Shown here: piece by piece, positions 1 through 8,615 of the stretch
How positions within the stretch are numbered: position 1 is the stretch's first letter
Layout of the letters: every line of letters starts with the position of its first letter
The notes under the pieces: generated by a model
What the model was told of the DNA's origin: nothing
Databases searched by the model: none
The model's input: only the letters and a program-made list of their open reading frames with translations
Source of the DNA: an uncultured archaeon
GTDB lineage: Archaea > EX4484-52 > B79-G9
Direction of reading: 5' to 3'
DNA: 39,699 bases
Assembly (NCBI GenBank): GCA_965370715.1
Contig: CBDUVQ010000001.1
Coordinates: 1 to 39,699, forward strand
Made by a program: the position numbers and the translations under genes

Positions 1-80
1 CAAAAAACAGCCTTAAAGAAGGGCGGTTCAAAATGTGTGAGCTTTATATTGAAGGACTGAAAAAGAGGTTTTCTGGAAAA

Positions 81-90
81 TATATATAAT
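81..90 (+). promoter_or_regulatory. Candidate TATA box (TATATATAAT) upstream of the 123..2129 gene
   Basis: A/T-only decamer preceded by purine-rich GGAAAA, about 35-40 nt upstream of the ATG at 123. No SD motif precedes the ATG. Sequence inspection only. Confidence 0.3.
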
Positions 91-122
91 CTGGATGGCT
101 AAAGACTGTTTGTAGCCATAAA

Positions 123-2129
123 ATGGTGAAATTTATGCTGGAAAAATATGTGGGTGGGGTAAAAAAGATATTTAGAATACCTAAGGAAGACGATAATACA
201 TGCGTCCTGATGGAAAGAGACGCATCCACGACACAGAGAATCCCCCGTTCTGAAGCAAAAGAACCTTTTTTTGCATCTGAAGACGAAAATCTCTTTGGAT
301 GCCCTGAAACCTCTATGCAATCCGCACCTAAAGCCAGTCATCTCACTAACGTTCGAAGCTTTTCGAACAAGTTCGAAAATGGTTTGTTTGGTTCTGTTTC
401 AAGCCAGCTCACTTCGCATCCGCGTCGTTCGAATCTTTCGAGTACATCTCAAAATACTCCAACCGGCAACCCCTCCATAAATGAAACTGTTGAAAACGTT
501 CATCTCCAAAACGGAGAGCCTACAAAGTGTTTCGAAGATGGAAAAGTTTTAACGATTTCAGATGATGTCAGGGAAGAAAGACAAAAAAGCCAGCTTGAAA
601 TATCAAACATGGAGCTACGAAATAAAATACTATTTTCTCAAAAAGATGAAAAAACAAAAAAGAATGTCAAAGGAGCAACTCAAACAATAGGTGATCTTGC
701 GGGCGAAGATACATATGAATCTATGCAACCAGATGAAAGGCCTTTGCCAAAACAAAGAAAAGGGAAAAACGATGAGTCTGTTATTCAGAACATTTTGATG
801 AGTATAGAGAAAATTGAAGGAAAACTCGAGGGAACCACTGAATCAAAAAACCAGTTGATGCAGAAAACGATGGATCTTTCTGAGAGAATTGGAGAAGTTC
901 GCTCAATGGTTCTTGAAAGAGAGCGCAAGATAAATGACATTGATCTCACAGTAACGCGGGTTTCTGATATTGTAGAAAATGTAGATCCAAAAAAGTTTCT
1001 GCGCAATATAGAAAAAATAAATTCAAAACTATCCGAATTTGACGTCGTTATGGAAAAGAACGACGGAACAATAAAAATTCTTAAATCAGAAATATCCCGC
1101 CTAAACGATAAAACGTCAAAAATCGGGGATTTCGAGGCACTTTCAAATATGCAGGCGCGCGTTTCAAAATCAGTTGATGAAGTTAATAACAAGAGGAAAG
1201 AAGTGTTTGTAATATCATCCAAAATAGAATCTATGTTTGGTGAATTGAGTGCCCGTTTCCCTGAATTAGATTCAATCAAAACAAATGTAGAGGAATATAC
1301 GAAGATTTTGCAGGATATGTTAAAAGATGTTGATGCGCTTAAAACACAAATGAGTGCTATCAAAACTACGCAAAACAGTATGAAAAAGAAGGATGTCTCA
1401 AAAGAACCAACAAAAAAGGATTTTGAATCTTTTAATGAGATGTTTTCTACGGATCTTAAAGCAACCAATAAAAGAATGTTGGCTATTTCGGCTGAAATTC
1501 AGCAAATTGTAAAGCATGTAAAGCGTCTTGAAACCACTAATAAAGACAACGCAGCTGTAGAGTTTGCAGCACTCAACAGGAGAATTGAAATGCTTGAATC
1601 AAGAGTGCAGAAAACAAATGAAATGGAAGACACAGACCGCAATATAAATCGTGTGCTTACAGAATACGAGAAATTAAACAACATATGGGAACGAGACACA
1701 GATGTTGCTATAAAAAATATCAACACAAGCATGGGCGTTATAACTAACAAACTAGGTTCTGTGAGTAGCGAACTGGGGCGATTTGAAGAAAAACAGGCAC
1801 AGGCAGTTTCTTTTTCAGATATGGTTGTGGGGAATCAGAACCCAAAGACAAGACATTTTCTAAGACAAGACATTGAAAAACCATCTGGAACTGATGACAT
1901 AGAAGCAGCCATACAGAATACGAAAAAAGCGATAATGTTTATCGATGAAGGCAGGCATTCAGAAGCAGGAAAACTATATAGTAAATCACTCGAAACGTAT
2001 TCATGCGCTATTACAAAAAACGATTTAGACCCTGCAATACATGTACAGCTAATAACATTGTACGGCGCACTAAAACGCATACATTCCAGGCTAAAAAATG
2101 AAAATAAGACCCTTAAGACGCGATCATAA
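123..2129 (+). CDS. Long coiled-coil protein of unknown function, with an S/T/P/N-rich N-terminus and a C-terminal MIT/TPR-like helical module
   Basis: 668-codon ORF, dominant in its region. The central ~400 aa are E/K/L/I/N-rich and heptad-like (e.g. EKIEGKLEGTTESKNQLMQKTMDLSERIGEVRSMVLERERKINDIDL). The C-terminal ~70 aa (IEAAIQNTKKAIMFIDEGRHSEAGKLYSKSLETY...LKRIHSRLK) resemble an MIT-type three-helix pattern. No family was recognised with certainty. Confidence 0.6.
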   Translation: MVKFMLEKYVGGVKKIFRIPKEDDNTCVLMERDASTTQRIPRSEAKEPFFASEDENLFGCPETSMQSAPKASHLTNVRSFSNKFENGLFGSVSSQLTSHPRRSNLSSTSQNTPTGNPSINETVENVHLQNGEPTKCFEDGKVLTISDDVREERQKSQLEISNMELRNKILFSQKDEKTKKNVKGATQTIGDLAGEDTYESMQPDERPLPKQRKGKNDESVIQNILMSIEKIEGKLEGTTESKNQLMQKTMDLSERIGEVRSMVLERERKINDIDLTVTRVSDIVENVDPKKFLRNIEKINSKLSEFDVVMEKNDGTIKILKSEISRLNDKTSKIGDFEALSNMQARVSKSVDEVNNKRKEVFVISSKIESMFGELSARFPELDSIKTNVEEYTKILQDMLKDVDALKTQMSAIKTTQNSMKKKDVSKEPTKKDFESFNEMFSTDLKATNKRMLAISAEIQQIVKHVKRLETTNKDNAAVEFAALNRRIEMLESRVQKTNEMEDTDRNINRVLTEYEKLNNIWERDTDVAIKNINTSMGVITNKLGSVSSELGRFEEKQAQAVSFSDMVVGNQNPKTRHFLRQDIEKPSGTDDIEAAIQNTKKAIMFIDEGRHSEAGKLYSKSLETYSCAITKNDLDPAIHVQLITLYGALKRIHSRLKNENKTLKTRS

Positions 2130-2433
2130 TTCCTCGGGGATAAAGCATACCTGCAATCTCTGCGGATATTCTTGGGTGGGAAAAACTTTAGACCGTTCAA
2201 CGTGTTGTCCTAACTGCTACCAAAAGAATTTTCGGGTTTTTACTATGCGCTCGAAAATAATGCTTCTGGTAAAAAAATCGCGAAATATGTGTAAAAAGGC
2301 GCTTGAGCTGACAAAAGAAATAAAGGAGCAATTATATTTGTTCGGAATGGAAAATCAGCATCTTTTTGATTTGTTGCTTTTTGTAATTGCTATCGCTGTT
2401 ATATTTCGGGTTTTAGTATATTTTATTCTATAA
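2098..2433 (+). CDS. Small zinc-ribbon protein with a C-terminal transmembrane helix
   Basis: The two Cys pairs CNLC...CPNC (HTCNLCGYSWVGKTLDRSTCCPNCYQ) fit a zinc ribbon. The hydrophobic tail LFDLLLFVIAIAVIFRVLVYFIL fits a TM helix. The ORF overlaps the upstream gene by 32 nt in another frame. The start codon is uncertain. Confidence 0.45.
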   Translation: MKIRPLRRDHNSSGIKHTCNLCGYSWVGKTLDRSTCCPNCYQKNFRVFTMRSKIMLLVKKSRNMCKKALELTKEIKEQLYLFGMENQHLFDLLLFVIAIAVIFRVLVYFIL

Positions 2434-2439
2434 CCCAAG

Positions 2440-2974
2440 TTTGACACTTTAAGCCATATTTCATTTTAAAAACAGTTGACTTATACGTATTTTTACAATA
2501 TTTGATTCTATTTTCTCATGCAATATTTTGAATTTAGACTATAATCCATAGTTCTATCTTTTATTTTTGATGATTTTTGAACTTTTTAGCGTTTTAGCAT
2601 ACATGAATTTGACAGTTGCATTGTCTTCAATAGTATGCGTTTTTTATGATTTTTAACTTGTTTTTTAACAGTCCATTTGACAGTTTGCATGGATCTGCTA
2701 ATCGTAAATATTTCACGTATAGCATACCGGAATTCAATTGCCATTTGAAGTCATGAGTCAAGAAATTCACCAAAATATCCATAATGAATTTGACAGTTAC
2801 GGTGAATTTTAAGGCGAGACACCAAAAACCGTCATTTATTCGTATTTTGACCCCAGAAATACGCTGATTTTGACCTGAAATGAGGCAATTAATTAGAAAA
2901 GTACTGAAAAATGAGTGCGTTTTCGCCAACTGTCAAATAGGTTTTCATGCCAAAATTGGGGTTGAACTGTCAAA
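2440..2974. repeat. Array of a 10-nt motif, TTTGACAGTT, in an AT-rich non-coding region
   Basis: Exact direct copies at 2608-2617, 2676-2685 and 2789-2798. Exact inverted copies (AACTGTCAAA) at 2928-2937 and 2965-2974. A 9/10 copy (TTTGACACTT) at 2440-2449. TTTGAC half-sites near 2847 and 2868. Two copies share the longer ATGAATTTGACAGTT (2603, 2784). A very AT-rich stretch at about 2461-2600 lies next to the array. Confidence 0.75.
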
Positions 2975-2980
2975 CTTATG

Positions 2981-3634
2981 CTATAAAGAAGCACTGCTAT
3001 TGGCAAGCATACAATCCTTTGGCTCAAACCAATACTCAACATTCTCGTCAAAGTATGCGCACGACATCTTCTCAATGGGTATGCCTGTGCGCTTTGAGAG
3101 CATCAATGCATAAATGTATAGCTGGGTTGCAGCGTACTTTTCTTTATGCGCCCTCGGCTTGTAGTCAAGTATGTTTATCTTCCCATCATGTATCCTTAGA
3201 ACATCAACATGCCCTGACATTGGGAAAAGGCTCTCGTCTATTCCTTCTGCTTGGCCATTCATTTCATTCTTGAGCATCCAGAGAGGCAACTCGCATGCGA
3301 GTGTGGCAGGGTCTTTGTCAAGAAAGTGTACCTGGACGCGCGAGTGATTCTGCTTGAAGGCGTCTTTATTTGCAATGAGCCCGTCCATTGTGAGTTGGCA
3401 AAGATCTCCTTGTTTTTCAACCATATCAAGAGATACAGGAACTTTCATGCTGCTTGCCCGACCGCCCTCGTCAAATGGTTTTTGCGGGCAGTACTTGAAA
3501 GTCAAATCAATATAATCCTTTAATTTTGAAAATCCATTGCCTGCAAGCGCGTCAATGCGCGCGTCATGGACACGGTAGTGGTAGAACCAGCCGTGCTTAA
3601 GTGAAACAGTCCTAACTGGTTTGAAAAGAAGCAT
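2981..3634 (-). CDS. PD-(D/E)XK superfamily nuclease (RecB/Cas4-like fold, without the Cas4 Cys cluster)
   Basis: Motifs GHVDVL ... INILDYKP ... ATQLYIYALML match the D / (D/E)xK / QxxxY arrangement of PD-(D/E)XK nucleases. AAGGTG lies 8 nt upstream of the ATG. Confidence 0.65.
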   Translation of the reverse strand: MLLFKPVRTVSLKHGWFYHYRVHDARIDALAGNGFSKLKDYIDLTFKYCPQKPFDEGGRASSMKVPVSLDMVEKQGDLCQLTMDGLIANKDAFKQNHSRVQVHFLDKDPATLACELPLWMLKNEMNGQAEGIDESLFPMSGHVDVLRIHDGKINILDYKPRAHKEKYAATQLYIYALMLSKRTGIPIEKMSCAYFDENVEYWFEPKDCMLANSSASL

Positions 3635-3751
3635 CTTCAGAACACCTTACCGGCTTTGTTCTGGAGATGGCGCGTTGTAAAAATTCCACTATTCGAAGTC
3701 ATGTTTCTCCCTTAAAGGAGATTAAGATTTTTGGTGTTAATATAACTGAGC

Positions 3752-5455
3752 CTACTGCTCGCACTCAATAGTGATTTGAAGCTTGCCCGCAACAGTCTCG
3801 CTTGAGACCACGCGGCAGTTTTCATCAAACACAGTTTTATTTTTTACAGGCTCAACTACAGAATCTTCCTTAACTTCCTGATCGCCCCAACCAAACAGCT
3901 TGACCTGCTCGCTTTTTGCGTCAACCACAGCAACAGCCTTAAGCACCATTGACTCGCGCACTCCGGAATACACAGGCACCACATAGAAGTATCCGTCCTT
4001 TATTTTCTTGAACAAGGGTTGCAATGCATACCAGTCACTGTAAAGGCTTATTTCCCCGCGTACATCACCAATAGCTCTTTCAGGCCCGATAAGCCCGAGC
4101 GCACGTGTATCATAAATCACAGGCGTGCCATAGTCTGTTCCTGATGCCTCAATTTCCATGTACTGCGTTATTGCCTTCCTTGTATTTCCTTCCGGCTCAA
4201 GCTGGAAAAGACCGTATGTCCTGTCTGTGTCCTTGTCATACTGGAAATACATCTCGCGCGCAAGCTCGAAAACATTCTCGTGCTGGAACTGGTAATTCAA
4301 AAATCCTTTCCATGTAGCGTATTTTGCCCATTTCCAAACGCGCTCATAAGAATAATCCTCATCTATTAGAACCTGCCCGTCAAGCAGCCATGCCGGGGCA
4401 TTTCCCTGCCTAATGTCGCTTTCAGAATAAAAGATAACCTTTCCGCTGTTGTCAAGAGTTACAATACCGACCTGCTCTGTGTAGAACTTCACTATAAACT
4501 TGGTCGGATACCTCAATTTTACAGGAGCGAACCATACTGGCTCTCCATCGCAATCATGAGTGAATACAGTGTCGCCGTAGTTAAAGAAAGGATATTTCAG
4601 CCAGTATTTTGTCTTGACATCGCGTATCTTTCCTGTTATAATCTGGTATGCAAGAAGTATGAGCGCTCCCCGCTCTTCGGAAAACTCAATATCGCCCATT
4701 ATCTTTCTTCTGTCTGACGGGTTCTGGGCATTCACGATTATGTGTGCCGGAGAAGGAGCTCCGTTGTTTGCAAGGCGCGTGGGCTCATAAGCCATCACCC
4801 AGTAAAGCGTATTGTCTATAGAGTAAATGCCGTCCCAGTCACTTGAAAGTTTCCATCCTGTCTCTGTAACCATTGTCTTTGGCACCTGAAGCGCGTATTC
4901 CTGTGATACAAGCCTCATATCGCTTATGTCTTCCCAGATGATTTCAGAAAGCAATGCAGGCTCGACATCCTCAACAACTATGGTGCTTACATCGCGCATT
5001 TTGTACCAACCAACCTCTTGTGGCGGTGCAAATACTGCTGTCAGGAGGCTTAGAATAATAACAATCATAATTGTTCCGGCAAATAGGCTAGGGCGCGAGA
5101 ACTCAAAGCGCACAGCAGGTTCACCCTCTTCCATGCGCCTTACTTTTTTGGCAGTTTGCTTAAGGCCGATTATTTTTACTCCCTCAAGCAAAAGGCGCAG
5201 AAAAACCGCGAATACAAGAGCGCCTATGGGATTTGTGCTGACAAGTACAGCTCCTGCAATCCAGCTAAAAAGAACATTTGCAACAAGCCCTTTCTTTCCG
5301 AAGTTCCGCAATATTCCAAAAAACGCAACAGAGCCAACAAATAATGCCCAAAGAGTATAGAACCCTAAAAAACCAAGACTCATGAAAAGGTCAAGCCACA
5401 TACACTTTATTTGGCTGAAAACTATATATTGGTATTTCGGCAGTGTACGCAGCAA
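3752..5455 (-). CDS. Membrane protein with N-terminal TM helices and a large extracytoplasmic domain, possibly UPF0182/COG1615-like
   Basis: 3-4 hydrophobic helices sit in the first ~150 aa. The C-terminal signature (WYALQPLFKKIKDGYFYVVPVYSGVRESMVLKAVAVVDAKSEQVKLFGWG) is reminiscent of UPF0182, but this family call is tentative. The true start is probably Met19 at 5401 (MWLDLF...), which lies ~25 nt downstream of the TATA-like ACTATATATT at 5421-5430. Confidence 0.65.
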   Translation of the reverse strand: MLRTLPKYQYIVFSQIKCMWLDLFMSLGFLGFYTLWALFVGSVAFFGILRNFGKKGLVANVLFSWIAGAVLVSTNPIGALVFAVFLRLLLEGVKIIGLKQTAKKVRRMEEGEPAVRFEFSRPSLFAGTIMIVIILSLLTAVFAPPQEVGWYKMRDVSTIVVEDVEPALLSEIIWEDISDMRLVSQEYALQVPKTMVTETGWKLSSDWDGIYSIDNTLYWVMAYEPTRLANNGAPSPAHIIVNAQNPSDRRKIMGDIEFSEERGALILLAYQIITGKIRDVKTKYWLKYPFFNYGDTVFTHDCDGEPVWFAPVKLRYPTKFIVKFYTEQVGIVTLDNSGKVIFYSESDIRQGNAPAWLLDGQVLIDEDYSYERVWKWAKYATWKGFLNYQFQHENVFELAREMYFQYDKDTDRTYGLFQLEPEGNTRKAITQYMEIEASGTDYGTPVIYDTRALGLIGPERAIGDVRGEISLYSDWYALQPLFKKIKDGYFYVVPVYSGVRESMVLKAVAVVDAKSEQVKLFGWGDQEVKEDSVVEPVKNKTVFDENCRVVSSETVAGKLQITIECEQ

Positions 5456-5457
5456 GA

Positions 5458-5468
5458 TTATTTAAATA
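5458..5468 (+). promoter_or_regulatory. TATA-like box (ATTATTTAAAT) about 25 nt upstream of the XPD ATG, suggesting a leaderless transcript
   Basis: The A/T-only element is centred ~25 nt upstream of the ATG at 5488. No SD motif lies in between. Confidence 0.4.
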
Positions 5469-5487
5469 AGCGAAAAGAACCCTCTGC

Positions 5488-7350
5488 ATGAAGAGCCTCT
5501 TTCCTTTTGACACAATTCGGCAGGGGCAGGAAACACTTGTTGAGAAAGTCGGAGAGGTTATTTCTTCGGGCAAAAACCTTATTGCCCACGCCCCGACAGG
5601 AATCGGGAAAACAGCAGCAGTTCTCGCACCAGCGCTCTCGTTCGCGCTCAAAAACAACAAGCGCATACTTTTTGTGACGCCAAGGCACTCTCAGCACAGG
5701 ATTGCTATTGAGACACTGAAAATGATTTCTGAAAAGCATGGTGTCAAATTCAATGTAGCAGATATTGTAGGGCGCAAGGGGCTTTGCGCTTATGATTATG
5801 CTGACATGATTTCCAGTTCTGATTTTGCATCCTGGTGCTCTCAGCACATAAAAGGAAAGTCATGCATTTTTCGGAACCAAACATTCTCGAAAGATATTAT
5901 GCTTTCAAAGGATGCTGAAAGGGCACTTGAAAAACTTGACCAAAAAATACTTCATGTTGATGAAGCAAAGCAAATGTGCTCTGAGGTGTGCCCACATGAG
6001 ATAATGATGCGCCATGCAAAAAAGTCTAAAGTAATTATTGCAGACTATAACCATGTGTTTCACCCGCAGATTGCGCCGCTCTTTTTTGCAAAGACGAACT
6101 TAAACCCGGAAGAATGCATCCTTATTGTTGATGAAGCGCACAATGCATCATCAAGGATCCGGTCAATGTGCTCTTTTGAGCTTACGTCACAGCGCCTTGA
6201 GATTGCAAGAAATGAATTGCTCAAGGCAGGCTTTTCAGATCTTTCTGAAAAAGTCTCTGTGCTGCTTGATTCTGTCCAGAAAATATGCACCCAAAAAACA
6301 CTTCAGGGAAGTAACGATTCATTTGCAGACAAATCAGACATAACAAAACCTATTGAAAGCATTGGAGATTATACTTCATTTGTAAAGTCTCTTGAGGAGG
6401 CGTCAAACAAGATTCTTGAAACAAAGAAAAAATCCTTTACTCACTCACTCGCAGGCTTTCTGTCAGCATGGTCTGGCGGTGATGACGGCTTTGCGCGCAT
6501 TATTTCAAAAAAAGAGAGTAATTACGGAAGCTATTTTTCATTCGCATACCACTGCCTCGACCCCTCGCTGATTGCATCCGAAACACTAAATGAAATGCAT
6601 TCTACAATTCTCATGTCCGGAACATTGGTTCCGATAGAAATGCATAAAAATGTGCTTGGGATAAAAAATGTTGACTCACTCATTCTTGAATCCCCGTTCC
6701 CGCGCAAGAATCGCAGGGACTTTGTAGCACCGGGCTTAACAAGCAAGTACTCTGAAAGAAGCGAGGCAAATTACAACGCGTATGCAGACTGTATAGCAGA
6801 GATTGCAGAAAACGTACCCGGAAACATTGGCGTATATTTTCCGTCATACGCTTTTCGAAACAAAATACATGAATTGCTTGAGCAAAAAACATCAAAAAAA
6901 ATGATTCTTGAGGAATCCGGGGCAACGACTCAGGCAAAAAGAGAGCTTCTTAAAGACTTCGCATCAAGTGCAAAAAAAGGCTCAATGCTTCTTGCAGTGG
7001 TTGGCGCAAACTTTGCAGAGGGCGTGGATTTCCCCGGAGAGATGATGCTTGCAGCAGTTGTTGCAGGAGTTCCTCTTGAGAGACCGAACCTTCTCACAAA
7101 ATCAATGATAAATTATTATGACAAAAAGTTTGGCAGGGGATGGGATTTTGCATACACATACCCTGCAGTGAACCGGGCAGTACAGGCCGCAGGAAGATGC
7201 ATAAGGTCTGAGACAGATAAAGGGCTGATATTCTTTCTTGACAACCGCTTTATGTGGCCCAAGTACAGGGAAGCAATGCCTAAAGACATCAAACTTGAAC
7301 CCCTAAATGACATAAAACATGAGATTTCTGGATTCTACACTTCTTCATGA
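5488..7350 (+). CDS. xpd: XPD/Rad3-family 5'-3' DNA helicase (SF2, FeS-domain type)
   Basis: Walker A AHAPTGIGKT and DEAH box LIVDEAHNA. Several Cys lie between them (GLCAY, WCSQ, KSCIF, CSEVCPHE), consistent with a 4Fe-4S insert. C-terminal helicase motifs GANFAEGVDFPG and AVQAAGRCIRS are present. Confidence 0.9.
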   Translation: MKSLFPFDTIRQGQETLVEKVGEVISSGKNLIAHAPTGIGKTAAVLAPALSFALKNNKRILFVTPRHSQHRIAIETLKMISEKHGVKFNVADIVGRKGLCAYDYADMISSSDFASWCSQHIKGKSCIFRNQTFSKDIMLSKDAERALEKLDQKILHVDEAKQMCSEVCPHEIMMRHAKKSKVIIADYNHVFHPQIAPLFFAKTNLNPEECILIVDEAHNASSRIRSMCSFELTSQRLEIARNELLKAGFSDLSEKVSVLLDSVQKICTQKTLQGSNDSFADKSDITKPIESIGDYTSFVKSLEEASNKILETKKKSFTHSLAGFLSAWSGGDDGFARIISKKESNYGSYFSFAYHCLDPSLIASETLNEMHSTILMSGTLVPIEMHKNVLGIKNVDSLILESPFPRKNRRDFVAPGLTSKYSERSEANYNAYADCIAEIAENVPGNIGVYFPSYAFRNKIHELLEQKTSKKMILEESGATTQAKRELLKDFASSAKKGSMLLAVVGANFAEGVDFPGEMMLAAVVAGVPLERPNLLTKSMINYYDKKFGRGWDFAYTYPAVNRAVQAAGRCIRSETDKGLIFFLDNRFMWPKYREAMPKDIKLEPLNDIKHEISGFYTSS

Positions 7351-8603
7351 ACCGTAGGTTTTTATTCTTAGCACTTCGCACATATTTTATGGCAGCATTA
7401 TGCTCCTCCTGCAAAGGCAGAGGATTCTGTGGATCAAAAAGATGCATATACCTTGACCGTATAAGTGCAGTCGCACCTCTTGCAAAAAAAGTAAGCACAT
7501 CTTTCTTTGGCTCAAGCCCTCCTTCTGTTTTTGTCGGGCGCATTGGATACCCGAATGTCTTTGCAGGTGCGCTCGCCCCAGCAGAGCAGGGCGATACAAA
7601 CTTATTTGACAGCCCTTCTCTTTGGGCTGAGAAAAAGATGAGCATACCGGATGTACTCGCATACCGGACATCTCTTGTGAATTCACGGCTGCGCACAAAC
7701 ATAAAAAAGAAACCGAAATTTCTTGAATCAATACAGGAAATAGCAATGGCTAAAAAAAGCGTTGAGTTTGAGGCGCACTATGAAAAACCGGTTTCTGTAG
7801 GCTTGGGCTTTTTCACGACAAGCGCACCGATTGGCCCAAGCGGCAACATATCAAACATGGCGCTGACAGAAAATGTCCGCGTTGCAAGAAAAGTTGATAG
7901 CATTGTATCCGATATTCATGCTCAGGCAAAAACATCTGTTATCGAGCTTTTTGATAAGTCTCTTTCAGAGAACTCAATAATGAAACTTTTTTCTGTCGGG
8001 CTTCTTGGAAGAAAAACAGACAGAAAGCTTGTCCCAACGCGCTGGTCAATAACAGCTGTTGATGACACACTCGGCAAAAACATTATTGATGAGATAAAGG
8101 CATACAGCGTAATTGATTCTGTACAGGCACTAAAGGCAAACTACAATGGCAATTATTTCTGGATAATTCTTTTGCCGAATGTATGGTCTTATGAACTCAT
8201 AGAATTCGGGCACGAGGGTGCTGTGTGGTCTAACAAAGGCACAGAAGTATGCGTAACAAAGGATTTTGAGAACTATTTTGGCAGGAAAAAATACGCCAGC
8301 ATAACTGCCGGCGGATATTACGCGGCGCGCATTGGTGTGCTTGAATACCTTAAGAAAATACGAAAGCAGGCATCTGTTTTGATTGTGCGCGAGATACTGC
8401 CTGATTACTTTGCACCGCTTGGTGTCTGGGTTGTACGGGAAACAGTGCGCACTGCAATGAAAACAAAACCAGTAGTTTTCGAAAGTGCAAATCATGCAGT
8501 TCTTACAGTCCAGAAAGAGATGAAGGCAAAAAAGAATATTTTTCAGGAAAGCGTTCTTCTGAAAAAATCATTTTCACAGAAAATGCTTTCGAGCTTTGCG
8601 TGA
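7347..8603 (+). CDS. nreA: Archaeal Nre-family DNA repair protein with a C-terminal PIP-like box
   Basis: The N-terminal Cys cluster CSSCKGRGFCGSKRC and the conserved core (KLVPTRWSITAVDD, GGYYAARIGVLEYL, APLGVWVVRE) are typical of the Nre family as I recall it. The extreme C-terminus QKMLSSFA is close to a PCNA-interacting QxxLxxF motif. The ATG overlaps the XPD stop (ATGA at 7347-7350). An alternative start is at 7389. Confidence 0.75.
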   Translation: MNRRFLFLALRTYFMAALCSSCKGRGFCGSKRCIYLDRISAVAPLAKKVSTSFFGSSPPSVFVGRIGYPNVFAGALAPAEQGDTNLFDSPSLWAEKKMSIPDVLAYRTSLVNSRLRTNIKKKPKFLESIQEIAMAKKSVEFEAHYEKPVSVGLGFFTTSAPIGPSGNISNMALTENVRVARKVDSIVSDIHAQAKTSVIELFDKSLSENSIMKLFSVGLLGRKTDRKLVPTRWSITAVDDTLGKNIIDEIKAYSVIDSVQALKANYNGNYFWIILLPNVWSYELIEFGHEGAVWSNKGTEVCVTKDFENYFGRKKYASITAGGYYAARIGVLEYLKKIRKQASVLIVREILPDYFAPLGVWVVRETVRTAMKTKPVVFESANHAVLTVQKEMKAKKNIFQESVLLKKSFSQKMLSSFA

Positions 8604-8615
8604 ATGTTTGTGTTG

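Noticed and set aside
96-118. Inverted repeat TGGCTA...TAGCCA (6-bp stem, 11-nt loop) just before the ATG at 123; possible operator or 5' hairpin
   Set aside because: It is only 6 bp with no second copy or flanking T-tract. It is too short to distinguish from chance.
785-1468. 227-aa antisense ORF inside the coiled-coil gene, and similar antisense ORFs such as 14890..15441(-), 18996..19652(-) and 34482..35252(+)
   Set aside because: They are shadow ORFs opposite strongly supported genes. Their translations are low-complexity S/F/I-rich and carry no motifs.
2440-2974. Considered whether the repeated TTTGACAGTT copies form a CRISPR array or MITE
   Set aside because: The repeats are only 10 nt, irregularly spaced (68, 113 and 37 nt) and occur in both orientations. 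No cas genes, terminal inverted repeats or target-site duplications are visible.
2627-3273. Track ORFs 2627..2929(-), 2880..3113(+), 2893..3075(-) and 2947..3273(+)
   Set aside because: They lie in the AT-rich repeat region or antisense/out-of-frame to the motif-bearing PD-(D/E)XK gene. Their translations are Cys/Phe/Leu-rich with no motifs. They are likely spurious.
3637-3702. 21-codon minus-strand ORF (MTSNSGIFTTRHLQNKAGKVF) whose TGA overlaps the nuclease start region (TGAAGATG)
   Set aside because: It is too short and has only a weak GGGAG upstream. It cannot be supported without conservation or expression data.
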